From Candidatus Limnocylindrales bacterium (GTDB taxonomy: Bacteria; Moduliflexota; Moduliflexia; Moduliflexales; JAUQPW01), in contig DATMBG010000012.1 in assembly GCA_035559535.1 (NCBI GenBank), positions 248,001 to 289,682 of the forward strand: a DNA stretch of 41,682 nucleotides, in the 5' to 3' direction. The notes beneath the pieces were generated by a model. That model did no database searches. It saw nothing but the letters and a program-made list of their open reading frames with translations, and was not told the origin of the DNA. Every line of letters starts with the position of its first letter. Positions within the stretch are counted from its first letter, which is position 1. This document shows, piece after piece, positions 8,538 to 17,479 of the stretch. The translations under genes and the position numbers were made by a program.

Positions 8538-10985
8538 TTACCTTTGGCCTCTTTCCCGATTCCAGGCAATACGTTCTCGCCATTCCTTAACTTCCTGCAA
8601 GATCTTAGGATGATTTTCATACTTGGGAAGTTGCTCAAAGTACTCAAGGGCTTGTTCCAGATGACCTGTTTGGAAGGCCCGTTTACCCAGGAGTCGTAGC
8701 AGTTTTACCTTTGCAAAATCTAGTTCAGGTTCTTCTTTCAGAAATTTCTCGGCATGCTCTTGGGTGGCTTTATCGACAGAAGTCCCCGGATTTTCGAGGA
8801 AGCACCATGCCAGGAGATAATGGGCCGGAGTTGCCAAAGGATCTTCCTCCAGCGCCTGGCGATAGAGATTTTGGGAATTCTGACTACAGGGATCAGAGGC
8901 TTCAATTCCCTGGATTAGCAGGGTTCGTGTCCGTTTATGAGAGAGGACAGCCCGATAGAAGGCTATCTGCTGCTTCGCCCCACGAATGTCGTATTCCAGA
9001 GTATTCCAATCATCCAGGGCTTTTACAGCTTCCTCAAATCGGCCAGCTTGTAAATATAATCGCGCTCGCACTTCAAGTACCTCGTTGAGGAGATCTCCAG
9101 AAGAAGGAGAGGAAGCGTAGAGAACTTCAATTAAACCGATGGCTTCATCATATAAACCCTGGCGACGAAGCGTTTCTATTTCCCGTAATCGGAAATATCC
9201 CGAAGAATCTCCCTGTTGGGCTAATTCGGCAAACAGAATTCGAGCCTGAGTAAATTGCCCGGTTTTTAAAAGCTGTTCGGCTAAAGCCTTCTTCTTCAGG
9301 AGGGGGTCTTTTCTACCCAGTCGGGGGCAAGACTGATGATAGAAAGGAGGAAATCGAGAATCATCAAACCCATATCGAATTCGCTGTTCAACTTCTGGTC
9401 TTACCGGAATTCTTTCCAAAAACCGGAACCAATCCTGTCCCAGTTCTTGAAGAGATCTGCCAAAGGAACCTTCGTAATCCAATGTGCGACAAAATAGAAG
9501 CAACCGGTCCATCCCATATTGATAAACCAGAAATCCATAGAAGGATCCTGCAATATCATAGGACTTATAAACCGATGTTTGTCCTAATCCAAACCCTTGA
9601 ACGGTCAGGACTTCAGGAGCAGGGGTTAGAACTCCGGCATGTCGAGCAGCAGCCAGTTCCTCATGGAAATCCTCTCCCCGCCAATAATCCTCCTCAATCA
9701 TTTCTGCCAACCCTTCCACAAGAGGTGGAAATACCCAAAACCGCCAGGACTTCTCGATCTGCCCTTCAAAAATATGGGCAATTTCATGCTTCAGTTTAAT
9801 TCCTAATCCGTCCGGTTCATAAACCACATGGATACTATTGGTAAAAGGATTCGCAAACCATGTTCCTCCCGCTATGGAAGTTAACCGATACTTTTGATCT
9901 TCAGAACTGTAAATATAAGAACTAATTTTTCCCTTAACCTCTTGACTTAAAAGTTGCTGGATCTGGTAATAATACCATTCATGTTCTTCGGCGAGTTGCT
10001 CCAATTTTTCCGATGCCGCAGATCTCGGTTCTACATGGAGGATAAAGTGCTTTGTTTCTTTTATCTCTGAAAGATGGCGCCGAATGGAGCCAGAACCTAT
10101 TGCAAATCCCACCTTTTCTGGAAAGAACCCGACCACAACCAGCAAAATTCCTACCCCAACGACCCCGGTGGTCAGGAAGGACTGTTCTGTTTTTTCTGTG
10201 AGAAGTAATTTTTCTTGTATAAAGTTCGGTTTTAGAGTTGACGCAATCTGAGGGTGAGATTTAAAATTTGTTTTTGCTTTCGGACTGTGCCGGAGCAGAA
10301 GAAGAATAGCCAGTAGAACATACCAGAAACCAAGCAGAAGGCTGATCATTCGATGCCAGTAATAAGATGGCGCCAGTTGGGTTAAGAAATTTCGACCTTG
10401 GGCCCAGGAGACGTCTGCAACTCCAAGAATGAGGTTATGAGGGACAACCCGAGGTCCCAGTATCCCTTCTAAGAGGGATATCATGGCGGTCAGAAGGAAA
10501 TAGGCTTTAAAGTATCCGCTGGCTCTTCTTCGATTAGGACAGAGGACACCTAAAAAGAACCCTACAAAAAGCCCGTGAAGGAGTGCCGGGAGTGTAACAA
10601 AACTGTAAATTCCTACAGCTGGAAGAAAATTGCAGTGACCAGTCCAGGAGTTATGGGTTCCATAAATCAGGAGCGGAAAAATCCAGGCTAAAAGGCCCAC
10701 ACCGAGATATCGCCGTAAATAATAATAGGAAGCTACGGTAGGACTTGCCAGAAATAAAAGTTTCCCGTTTTTCTGCCGAACAAGAAAAAAAGGATCTTCT
10801 CCACCGGTCTGGGCCAGTGTCTGCCCAACTTGTATTCCTCGACGTCCCATCATGAAAAAGAAAAGGATGGCAATCAGAGCGCTAGGTTCATAACCCAATA
10901 CATTCAAGAGGGGAAATTGGAGGAACAGAAGAGGGATGAAAAGGAAAAGAAAAAATTCAGCAACAAATTTTTCTTTTAAATTCAT
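8538..10985 (-). CDS. Membrane-anchored putative zinc metallopeptidase (gluzincin/MA-like) with C-terminal TPR-like repeats
   Basis: About 7 N-terminal TM segments; HEIAH followed by VEGLAE (HExxH...E); helical repeat C-terminus. Confidence 0.7.
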   Translation of the reverse strand: MNLKEKFVAEFFLFLFIPLLFLQFPLLNVLGYEPSALIAILFFFMMGRRGIQVGQTLAQTGGEDPFFLVRQKNGKLLFLASPTVASYYYLRRYLGVGLLAWIFPLLIYGTHNSWTGHCNFLPAVGIYSFVTLPALLHGLFVGFFLGVLCPNRRRASGYFKAYFLLTAMISLLEGILGPRVVPHNLILGVADVSWAQGRNFLTQLAPSYYWHRMISLLLGFWYVLLAILLLLRHSPKAKTNFKSHPQIASTLKPNFIQEKLLLTEKTEQSFLTTGVVGVGILLVVVGFFPEKVGFAIGSGSIRRHLSEIKETKHFILHVEPRSAASEKLEQLAEEHEWYYYQIQQLLSQEVKGKISSYIYSSEDQKYRLTSIAGGTWFANPFTNSIHVVYEPDGLGIKLKHEIAHIFEGQIEKSWRFWVFPPLVEGLAEMIEEDYWRGEDFHEELAAARHAGVLTPAPEVLTVQGFGLGQTSVYKSYDIAGSFYGFLVYQYGMDRLLLFCRTLDYEGSFGRSLQELGQDWFRFLERIPVRPEVEQRIRYGFDDSRFPPFYHQSCPRLGRKDPLLKKKALAEQLLKTGQFTQARILFAELAQQGDSSGYFRLREIETLRRQGLYDEAIGLIEVLYASSPSSGDLLNEVLEVRARLYLQAGRFEEAVKALDDWNTLEYDIRGAKQQIAFYRAVLSHKRTRTLLIQGIEASDPCSQNSQNLYRQALEEDPLATPAHYLLAWCFLENPGTSVDKATQEHAEKFLKEEPELDFAKVKLLRLLGKRAFQTGHLEQALEYFEQLPKYENHPKILQEVKEWRERIAWNRERGQR

Positions 10986-10997
10986 GATCAGATTTCC

Positions 10998-11471
10998 TTA
11001 AATCGCCATGATCGTAACCTGTTGGCCCCGATAGGTAGTACGCTCAACCACGGACCATCCGAGGCGAGTATAAAAACTTTCCTTATCTGTAGTAAAAAGA
11101 TACAGAGGTTGAATCCCCAGGATTCTGACTTCTTCAACAACCCGGTGAACAAGAGCCGAGCCGATTCCACATCTCCGGAATTCAGGAGCAACATAAACAC
11201 TGGCCAGCCAGGGAGACAGGTTCATCCGGGTATCCATATCATGGGGAATTAAACTGGCAGATCCCAGTAAAGTTTCTCCCCGCAAAGCGATAAAGGTCGT
11301 TGGAATTTGCCCAGGACCCCCATGACTCTGAAGCCAGGCAATACGCCGTTCTACAGAGTCTCCGGGATTGAGATAGCTCCACTCCCTATAATGCCAGCGG
11401 GCAAGTATCGGAATGTATTCCGGACGGTTTACAAGATATTCGATTTGAAAAGGTTGAAGGGATTGACTCAT
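10998..11471 (-). CDS. GNAT family N-acetyltransferase
   Basis: Acetyl-CoA motif A WLASVYVAPEFRRCGIGSALV, and FYTRLGW. Confidence 0.92.
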   Translation of the reverse strand: MSQSLQPFQIEYLVNRPEYIPILARWHYREWSYLNPGDSVERRIAWLQSHGGPGQIPTTFIALRGETLLGSASLIPHDMDTRMNLSPWLASVYVAPEFRRCGIGSALVHRVVEEVRILGIQPLYLFTTDKESFYTRLGWSVVERTTYRGQQVTIMAI

Positions 11472-11501
11472 CTTATTACCACCGATCCTAAATATCAGCC
11501 T

Positions 11502-12794
11502 TCAAGTAAGAAAAGGCCTGGGTGGCACATAATAAACACGGGCAGCGGGTACAGAAACCAATTCCATTTCCGGATAACGAAGCGCCGTGAGCTTACCTCC
11601 AAAAACGCATCCCGTATCGATATTAATAGTGCGGTTTATCCATTGAGGTTCTCGAACAGGTGTGTGGCCGTATACAACGAAGGCTTTGCCACGATAATGG
11701 GCGGCCCAATTATAGCGGACAGGTAAACCAAACTCATCGATTTCCCCAGTTGTTTCTCCATATAAGGCAAAATCGCGTACCCGGGGTGAACAACGTCCCT
11801 GCATTAATCTCTTCATTCCGGCATGGGCCACTACCAATCTACCTCCATCCAGGACGTAATGGCTGACCAGGTTATCAAGGAATAAGATAATTTGCTCCTT
11901 GAACTCCGGCGGTTCTAATTCTAACTGGGCCAACGATTCCGCCAACCCATGGGTGATTTGTACATTTCTTCCCTTAAGTTTACGTAGGAGTTTCATATCA
12001 TGGTTTCCAAGTACACAGAGGGCCGTACCAAACTGGACCATGCTCATAACCAGACGAAGAACACCCGGTGTGTTGGGTCCCCGGTCAACCAGATCCCCCA
12101 GGAAGATCGCTTTTCGGCCCTCCGGATGGCTAACTAGATAATAGTCAGAATTTCGGGAATCGTCTGATCGGATCGTTATCTTATAACCCAGTTTCTCAAG
12201 GAGAATAACCAATTCATCGAAACATCCATGTACATCCCCGATAATGTCAAACGGTCCACGTTCATGTTTGAGATTACACCGGAGGGGTCGGCGTTCCACA
12301 ACGGTCGCCTCTACTTCTTCCGGTGTAGAAAAAATATAAATATACCGGAAACCTTCCCGATGTAAACCTTCTAGGGAGAGTTGGAGCTGACGGTAATGTT
12401 GACTGATAACTTGAGGAGTGAGGTTGCGGTCAGGGCGCTGTCGAGCTCTTTCCTGGCATAGTTCTTCTGGAAGGTTGAAAACAATGGCAACCGGTATGTA
12501 ATGATATCTATAAGCCAGATTTAGAAGCGGCCTGCGAGACCTTTCTTGAACATTGGTTGCATCGATAACCGTCAATCTCCCTCTGATAAGCCTCTTTTCT
12601 GCAATAAGGTGAAGGACTTCAAAAGCATCTCGGGTGGCAGCCTGGTTATTTTCATCATCGGAAACCAATGCCCGGCAAAAATCGGATGATAGGACTTCTG
12701 TGGCTTTAAAATGCTTTCGGGCAAAAGTAGATTTGCCGGAGCTTGAAGGCCCTATGAGAACGACCAAAGATAATTCTGGGATTATTAATTTCAC
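11502..12794 (-). CDS. Polynucleotide kinase-phosphatase (Pnkp-like; kinase plus metallophosphoesterase, no ligase domain)
   Basis: P-loop GPSSSGKST, SSDFCR and IDATN; phosphoesterase motifs GDVHG, GDLVDRG, GNHD, HAG, GHTP, IDTGCVFGG; GTG start; 430 aa. Confidence 0.9.
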   Translation of the reverse strand: MKLIIPELSLVVLIGPSSSGKSTFARKHFKATEVLSSDFCRALVSDDENNQAATRDAFEVLHLIAEKRLIRGRLTVIDATNVQERSRRPLLNLAYRYHYIPVAIVFNLPEELCQERARQRPDRNLTPQVISQHYRQLQLSLEGLHREGFRYIYIFSTPEEVEATVVERRPLRCNLKHERGPFDIIGDVHGCFDELVILLEKLGYKITIRSDDSRNSDYYLVSHPEGRKAIFLGDLVDRGPNTPGVLRLVMSMVQFGTALCVLGNHDMKLLRKLKGRNVQITHGLAESLAQLELEPPEFKEQIILFLDNLVSHYVLDGGRLVVAHAGMKRLMQGRCSPRVRDFALYGETTGEIDEFGLPVRYNWAAHYRGKAFVVYGHTPVREPQWINRTINIDTGCVFGGKLTALRYPEMELVSVPAARVYYVPPRPFLT

Positions 12795-13016
12795 GGTCCG
12801 CTACGACTTTAAATTAAACAAGCATTAATTTCCCCGTAACTCAGGCACTTTCTCCATCTTGGAGAGCATCCTTCCGGATCCTTTTTCACGTATTAATGCC
12901 TATTTCCTTTTATTTTATACGTTTTATAACGATAAGAATATTTACCTGCTTAACTTTTGTCAAGCTTGGGATAAGGTTTCCTGATCCGGAATTACTTTCC
13001 TTCTACGGACGAGAAG

Positions 13017-13041
13017 GGAACCTTTTATCACTCTTTACGTC
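13017..13041 (+). promoter_or_regulatory. Putative ECF sigma-factor promoter
   Basis: GGAAC-N16-CGTC ending 45 nt upstream of the 13087 start codon; SD AAGGAGG follows. Confidence 0.5.
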
Positions 13042-13086
13042 TTTTTATGCAGAGAATATAAAGCTTAAAAGGAGGGATTAAACATT

Positions 13087-13392
13087 ATGAAAAAATTAGC
13101 GGTTTTTTTAGCCTCTATGATGATGATTCTAAGCCTCAGTACCCCTTCCATGGCTGGTACCCCCTATGTTAACGCACGCTTGTTGGGGCAGCATTGGCGG
13201 ATTCATAGAGGACTCATGAGTGGTCAATTATCCCCTGTGGAAACCAACTGGCTGAGAGGGGAACAACGAGCAACTCGATCCTATGAGATCATAGCAAAAT
13301 CCGATGGTCGAGTAACAATGTCCGAGCGTGCGCACCTGGCTTATATGCAGAGGGTAAACAGCCGGGATATTTACAGAATGAGACATAACTAA
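13087..13392 (+). CDS. Small exported hypothetical protein
   Basis: Signal peptide MKKLAVFLASMMMILSLSTPSMA; two helical repeats (G...SGQLS..E / SDGRVT..ER) ending DIYRMRHN; strong SD. Confidence 0.8.
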   Translation: MKKLAVFLASMMMILSLSTPSMAGTPYVNARLLGQHWRIHRGLMSGQLSPVETNWLRGEQRATRSYEIIAKSDGRVTMSERAHLAYMQRVNSRDIYRMRHN

Positions 13393-13493
13393 ATCCCCTT
13401 AACCGAAGGATTATTTCTACCTGGAGGGCTAAACCCCCGAAGTTTTCCGAATCTCAAGGGATTGTCGGTTGAGATCGCTTCAAATATCCCTGG

Positions 13494-13528
13494 AAAGGGA
13501 AAGGTATATCCTTTCCCTTTTTGTTTTT
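13494..13528 (+). terminator. Rho-independent terminator
   Basis: AAAGGGAAAGG-TATAT-CCTTTCCCTTT hairpin followed by TTGTTTTT. Confidence 0.65.
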
Positions 13529-13583
13529 GTAAAGGATTTCCTTCCAAAGCGGACGAAAAGACCTCTTTTCTTTCACTTTTCAG

Positions 13584-13612
13584 TTGAAATCTGTTTGAAT
13601 TTCCTCTATGCT
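13584..13612 (+). promoter_or_regulatory. Putative sigma70 promoter for the ATP-grasp gene
   Basis: TTGAAA-N17-TATGCT. Confidence 0.5.
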
Positions 13613-13656
13613 TAAAGAAAGGAGAATATGTTTAGCTATCTATCCAGGAGGTTTAA

Positions 13657-14919
13657 TTGAATTCCATAAACAGTAACCATCGGATTCTTCTTCTCTTACC
13701 TACCCGAACTTACCGGGCAGGGGCTTTCCTTAAAGCGGCCCGACAATTGGGCATCGAGGTTGTGGTTGGTTCTAATCAGGCGCAGACATTGTCCAGGTAT
13801 CTGCCTGCGAGGTCACTAACCCTTAATTTTCATAAACCTGAGCAGGCAACCCAGAAAATCGTTGAGTTTGCCAGGAAATATCCCTTCGATGCCGTCGTAG
13901 GAGTCGACGATGATTCAGTTCTGCTGGCAGCCATGGCCTCTGCAGCGTTATCCTTACCCCATAATTCCATTGAATCCGTTATAGCGACCCGAAACAAGTA
14001 TCGAATGCGGGAAATTCTGACCAGGGCCGGAGTTCCTTCACCGGATTTTTGGCTTTTCTCCCTGGAGGATCCTCCTACCGATCTGGCTAAAAAAGTCACC
14101 TTCCCCTGTGTGGTCAAACCCGTGTCTCTGTCGGCCAGTCAAGGGGTTATCCGGGCAGATGATGAAAAGCAATTCGTCCAGGCATTCTACCGGCTGGCTT
14201 CTATCCTGGAAAACCCGGAAGTTCGAGATCGCCTGGGTACCGCAGCACGGCAAGTCCTGGTCGAAGGTTTTATTTCCGGACCGGAATTTGCTTTAGAAGG
14301 GCTCCTCATTCAAGGAAAGCTTAAAGTATTGGCCCTTTTCGACAAACCGGATCCCCTGGAAGGCCCGTTCTTCGAGGAAACCCTCTATATCACTCCTTCT
14401 CGATTCCCTACCTCCATTCAAGAAGCCATCGCTGCCTGCACAGCTCAGGCTGCAGAAGCACTTGGATTGAAGGAAGGACCTGTGCATGCGGAGCTTCGGT
14501 ATAACCATCGAGGACCCTGGATAATCGAAATTGCGGCCCGATCCATTGGAGGACTCTGTTCCCGAACACTCCGTTTTGGAACCGGCCTCTCTCTGGAAGA
14601 ACTCATCCTCCGCCATGCTGTAGGACTCGAAATTGAATCCTTCGACCGTGAAAAACCTGCAGCCGGGGTAATGATGTTACCCATTCCCCATGCGGGAATT
14701 CTACAGGCTGTACACGGAAAAGAACGCGCCGCTCAAGTGGAAGGTATTGAGGAAATCGTTATCAGCATTCCTTTGGAACAGGAAGTTCAGCCGCTACCCG
14801 AAGGCTCTAAGTACCTGGGTTTTATCTTTGCCCGGGGTGAATCCCCCGCCTTTGTGGAAGAAGCCCTACGAGAAGCTTACCGACGACTTGAGATTGTAAT
14901 CATACCGCAAAAATATTGA
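13657..14919 (+). CDS. ATP-grasp domain protein (L-amino-acid ligase/carboxylate-amine ligase-like)
   Basis: Motifs RNKYRMR, FPCVVKPVSLSASQGV, LVEGFISGPE, HAELR and IEIAARSIGG; SD AGGAGG before the TTG start. Confidence 0.88.
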   Translation: MNSINSNHRILLLLPTRTYRAGAFLKAARQLGIEVVVGSNQAQTLSRYLPARSLTLNFHKPEQATQKIVEFARKYPFDAVVGVDDDSVLLAAMASAALSLPHNSIESVIATRNKYRMREILTRAGVPSPDFWLFSLEDPPTDLAKKVTFPCVVKPVSLSASQGVIRADDEKQFVQAFYRLASILENPEVRDRLGTAARQVLVEGFISGPEFALEGLLIQGKLKVLALFDKPDPLEGPFFEETLYITPSRFPTSIQEAIAACTAQAAEALGLKEGPVHAELRYNHRGPWIIEIAARSIGGLCSRTLRFGTGLSLEELILRHAVGLEIESFDREKPAAGVMMLPIPHAGILQAVHGKERAAQVEGIEEIVISIPLEQEVQPLPEGSKYLGFIFARGESPAFVEEALREAYRRLEIVIIPQKY

Positions 14920-15202
14920 GCCGGGAGAAGTTGGATAAAACCTCTCCCAGCCGGTTTACCTGCTTTAAGCTCCTCATGTTTATAGAATTTTAAATTCTTA
15001 ACAGATGGACTTTTTCGGTAAAAGGTGATATCCTATTATCTGTAGGGGTTATACCCATTTCGGTTGAATAGGTTGTAGATTACCCATGGAGTGGTTTCTA
15101 TCCTTCTATCCCCTCTAAATTTAAGTCTTTTGTTAAACTGGCATATTGATAGGTCCATTTTTCTGGATAAAATGATATGATCAACTCAATGATGATTTAA
15201 CC

Positions 15203-17428
15203 GTGCAATTGACTTTTCAAACTACGCTGACGGCCCTTCTACTGGTCTTACTGATCCCTACGGTATCGGTAGTAGGCTTTTTCTCCTACTTTAATACGCG
15301 ATTCACCGCAGATGACCTCTCTTCGCAAATCCTCGATCAAACCTTTAAGTTAATCGACCATCAAATTGAGACCTTACTGGATGCCGCATCCAGACAGAGT
15401 CAGATGGATCTGGTCATCCTCAGCAAGAAATTGCTGACTACCAACAATAAGAGGCTTACGGCAAGCGATTTTGGGTGGATCACCGACTACTTCCATGAGA
15501 TGATGAAAATCCACAAACATCTGACCTTCCTCTCCCTGGGTTTAGAAGCTACCGGAGAGTACTGCCATGTGAGGCGTATGCCTAAAGATTGGATGCCTTC
15601 TCGGGCACTCACTGGCAGCAAAGAAGAGGAGATGGTGAAGTTCCAGCCCAGGTTGACCATTCAATATGCTATTCGAGATCCGTCAGGAAAGATCGTAAGG
15701 AGTGAGTTTTATCTTACCGAAGACGGCTCGCGAGAACTTTATTTGGTGGATCCTGATTTTTCCTACGATCCAAGGACGCGACCCTACTACCGGACAGCCC
15801 AGACTGCAGGGACTCCGATCTGGACTCAGGTCTATATTTTTAATGCCCCCCCGGAACCGGGTATTCCCGGCATTACTTACGCTACGCCGGTCCGGGGATC
15901 GGATGGTTCATTGATAGGGGTATTGACCGCTGATCTGGATATTTACAACCTGAGTGAATTCCTCCAAACTCTCAAAATCGGCCAGACCGGTTTTGCTTTT
16001 GTTGTTGAAGTTCGTCCTAAAGGCAATCTGGAGGAAGAACAAAGGCAGGTGATTGCCTATCGTGATCCAAAGAACTTTATAAGGATTGTTCAACGAGGGA
16101 GCCAGCAGGTGCATGAGTTGGTTCCAGGCAAAGAACTCTCCGATCCACTCCTGCGTTCGTTTATGCAAAACCTTCCACCGACAATCGATTTCGACAAAAT
16201 AAAATATCCTGTACCCCTGAGGTTTATCCAGGGTGGGGTGGAATATATGGGGGGTTATCGTCCCTTAGGAGGCAAACACGGCTTAAAGTGGCTGATCTGT
16301 ATCGTAGTTCCCAAGATAGACTTTATGGGACATGCTGATAGAAACAACCTGATTACTGCGAGTATCGGCCTGGTCAGCCTGGTGATTGCAACTCTTCTCA
16401 GTATCTTGCTGTCTATGAGGATCTCCCGGCCACTGAAACAATTGGCCAGAGAAACAGAGGCGATCGGTCAGTTCTACCTTCAGCCCAAGCCCATAGTACG
16501 TACCATTGTGAAAGAGGTGGACCGTCTTACCCTGGCAGTAGAAGAAATGAAGACCAGCCTGAGATCTTTTCAGAAGTATGTCCCTGCAGATTTGGTACGT
16601 TCTTTGGTGGCTTCAGGACAGGAAGCCCGATTGGGAGGGGAACTCAAAACCCTTACCATTTACTTCTCGGATATCGCCAATTTCACATCTATTTCAGAGA
16701 AACTTCCCCCCAACGTATTGGTAGAACTCCTCGGAGAATATCTCAGTGCAATGAGTGAACAAATCCTCGAGAGTGGTGGCACGGTGGATAAATACATGGG
16801 GGATGGAATTTTAGCCTTTTGGGGTGCACCCTACCCAAATCCTCAACATGCCCTCACGGCCTGTATAACCGCCCTCCGCAGTCAAGAAAAACTTAAAGCA
16901 CTGCGTGAGAAGTGGAAAGCCGAAGCCAAGCCACTCCTCTTTTCCAGGATTGGCCTGAACACGGGAGAGTTGATAGTTGGCAACATCGGGGGGGAATCGA
17001 GATTAAATTATACGGTCATTGGGGACCCGGTGAATTTGGCCAGCCGCCTGGAAAATCTGAATAAATATTATAACACAGCGATTCTAATTAGTGAAAGTAC
17101 CTATCTCCTTGTAAACCAGGAGGTTGTGGCCAGGCCTCTGGATTGGGTATCCGTCAAGGGGAAGACAGAAGGGATTTTGATCTATGAATTGCTGGGACTC
17201 AAGGGAGAAGTAAGCCAGAAAGAAGAACGGTTGGTTGAGCTTTACTCTGCAGCGCTTACCGTATACCAAACTCATCACTGGAGCCAGGCTATCGAATTTT
17301 TTCAAAGGGTTATGGAGTTATATCCCAAAGATCTTCCAACTCAGTTAATGATTAAGCGTTGCAAGAACTACCAGCAGAATCCCCCTCTAGAGGATTGGGA
17401 TGGTATCTGGCGGATGCAGAGCAAATAG
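15203..17428 (+). CDS. Membrane class III adenylate cyclase (Cache-like sensor, HAMP, cyclase, TPR tail)
   Basis: TM, YDPRTRPYY Cache-like region, TM and HAMP; catalytic FSDIANFT, DKYMGDG and YTVIGDPVNLASRLE (K/T specificity residues indicate ATP). Confidence 0.9.
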   Translation: MQLTFQTTLTALLLVLLIPTVSVVGFFSYFNTRFTADDLSSQILDQTFKLIDHQIETLLDAASRQSQMDLVILSKKLLTTNNKRLTASDFGWITDYFHEMMKIHKHLTFLSLGLEATGEYCHVRRMPKDWMPSRALTGSKEEEMVKFQPRLTIQYAIRDPSGKIVRSEFYLTEDGSRELYLVDPDFSYDPRTRPYYRTAQTAGTPIWTQVYIFNAPPEPGIPGITYATPVRGSDGSLIGVLTADLDIYNLSEFLQTLKIGQTGFAFVVEVRPKGNLEEEQRQVIAYRDPKNFIRIVQRGSQQVHELVPGKELSDPLLRSFMQNLPPTIDFDKIKYPVPLRFIQGGVEYMGGYRPLGGKHGLKWLICIVVPKIDFMGHADRNNLITASIGLVSLVIATLLSILLSMRISRPLKQLARETEAIGQFYLQPKPIVRTIVKEVDRLTLAVEEMKTSLRSFQKYVPADLVRSLVASGQEARLGGELKTLTIYFSDIANFTSISEKLPPNVLVELLGEYLSAMSEQILESGGTVDKYMGDGILAFWGAPYPNPQHALTACITALRSQEKLKALREKWKAEAKPLLFSRIGLNTGELIVGNIGGESRLNYTVIGDPVNLASRLENLNKYYNTAILISESTYLLVNQEVVARPLDWVSVKGKTEGILIYELLGLKGEVSQKEERLVELYSAALTVYQTHHWSQAIEFFQRVMELYPKDLPTQLMIKRCKNYQQNPPLEDWDGIWRMQSK

Positions 17429-17479
17429 TATTTGTTGCAAAAACGGCTACCTGATCCACATTGATGAAGAAGTAGATAA

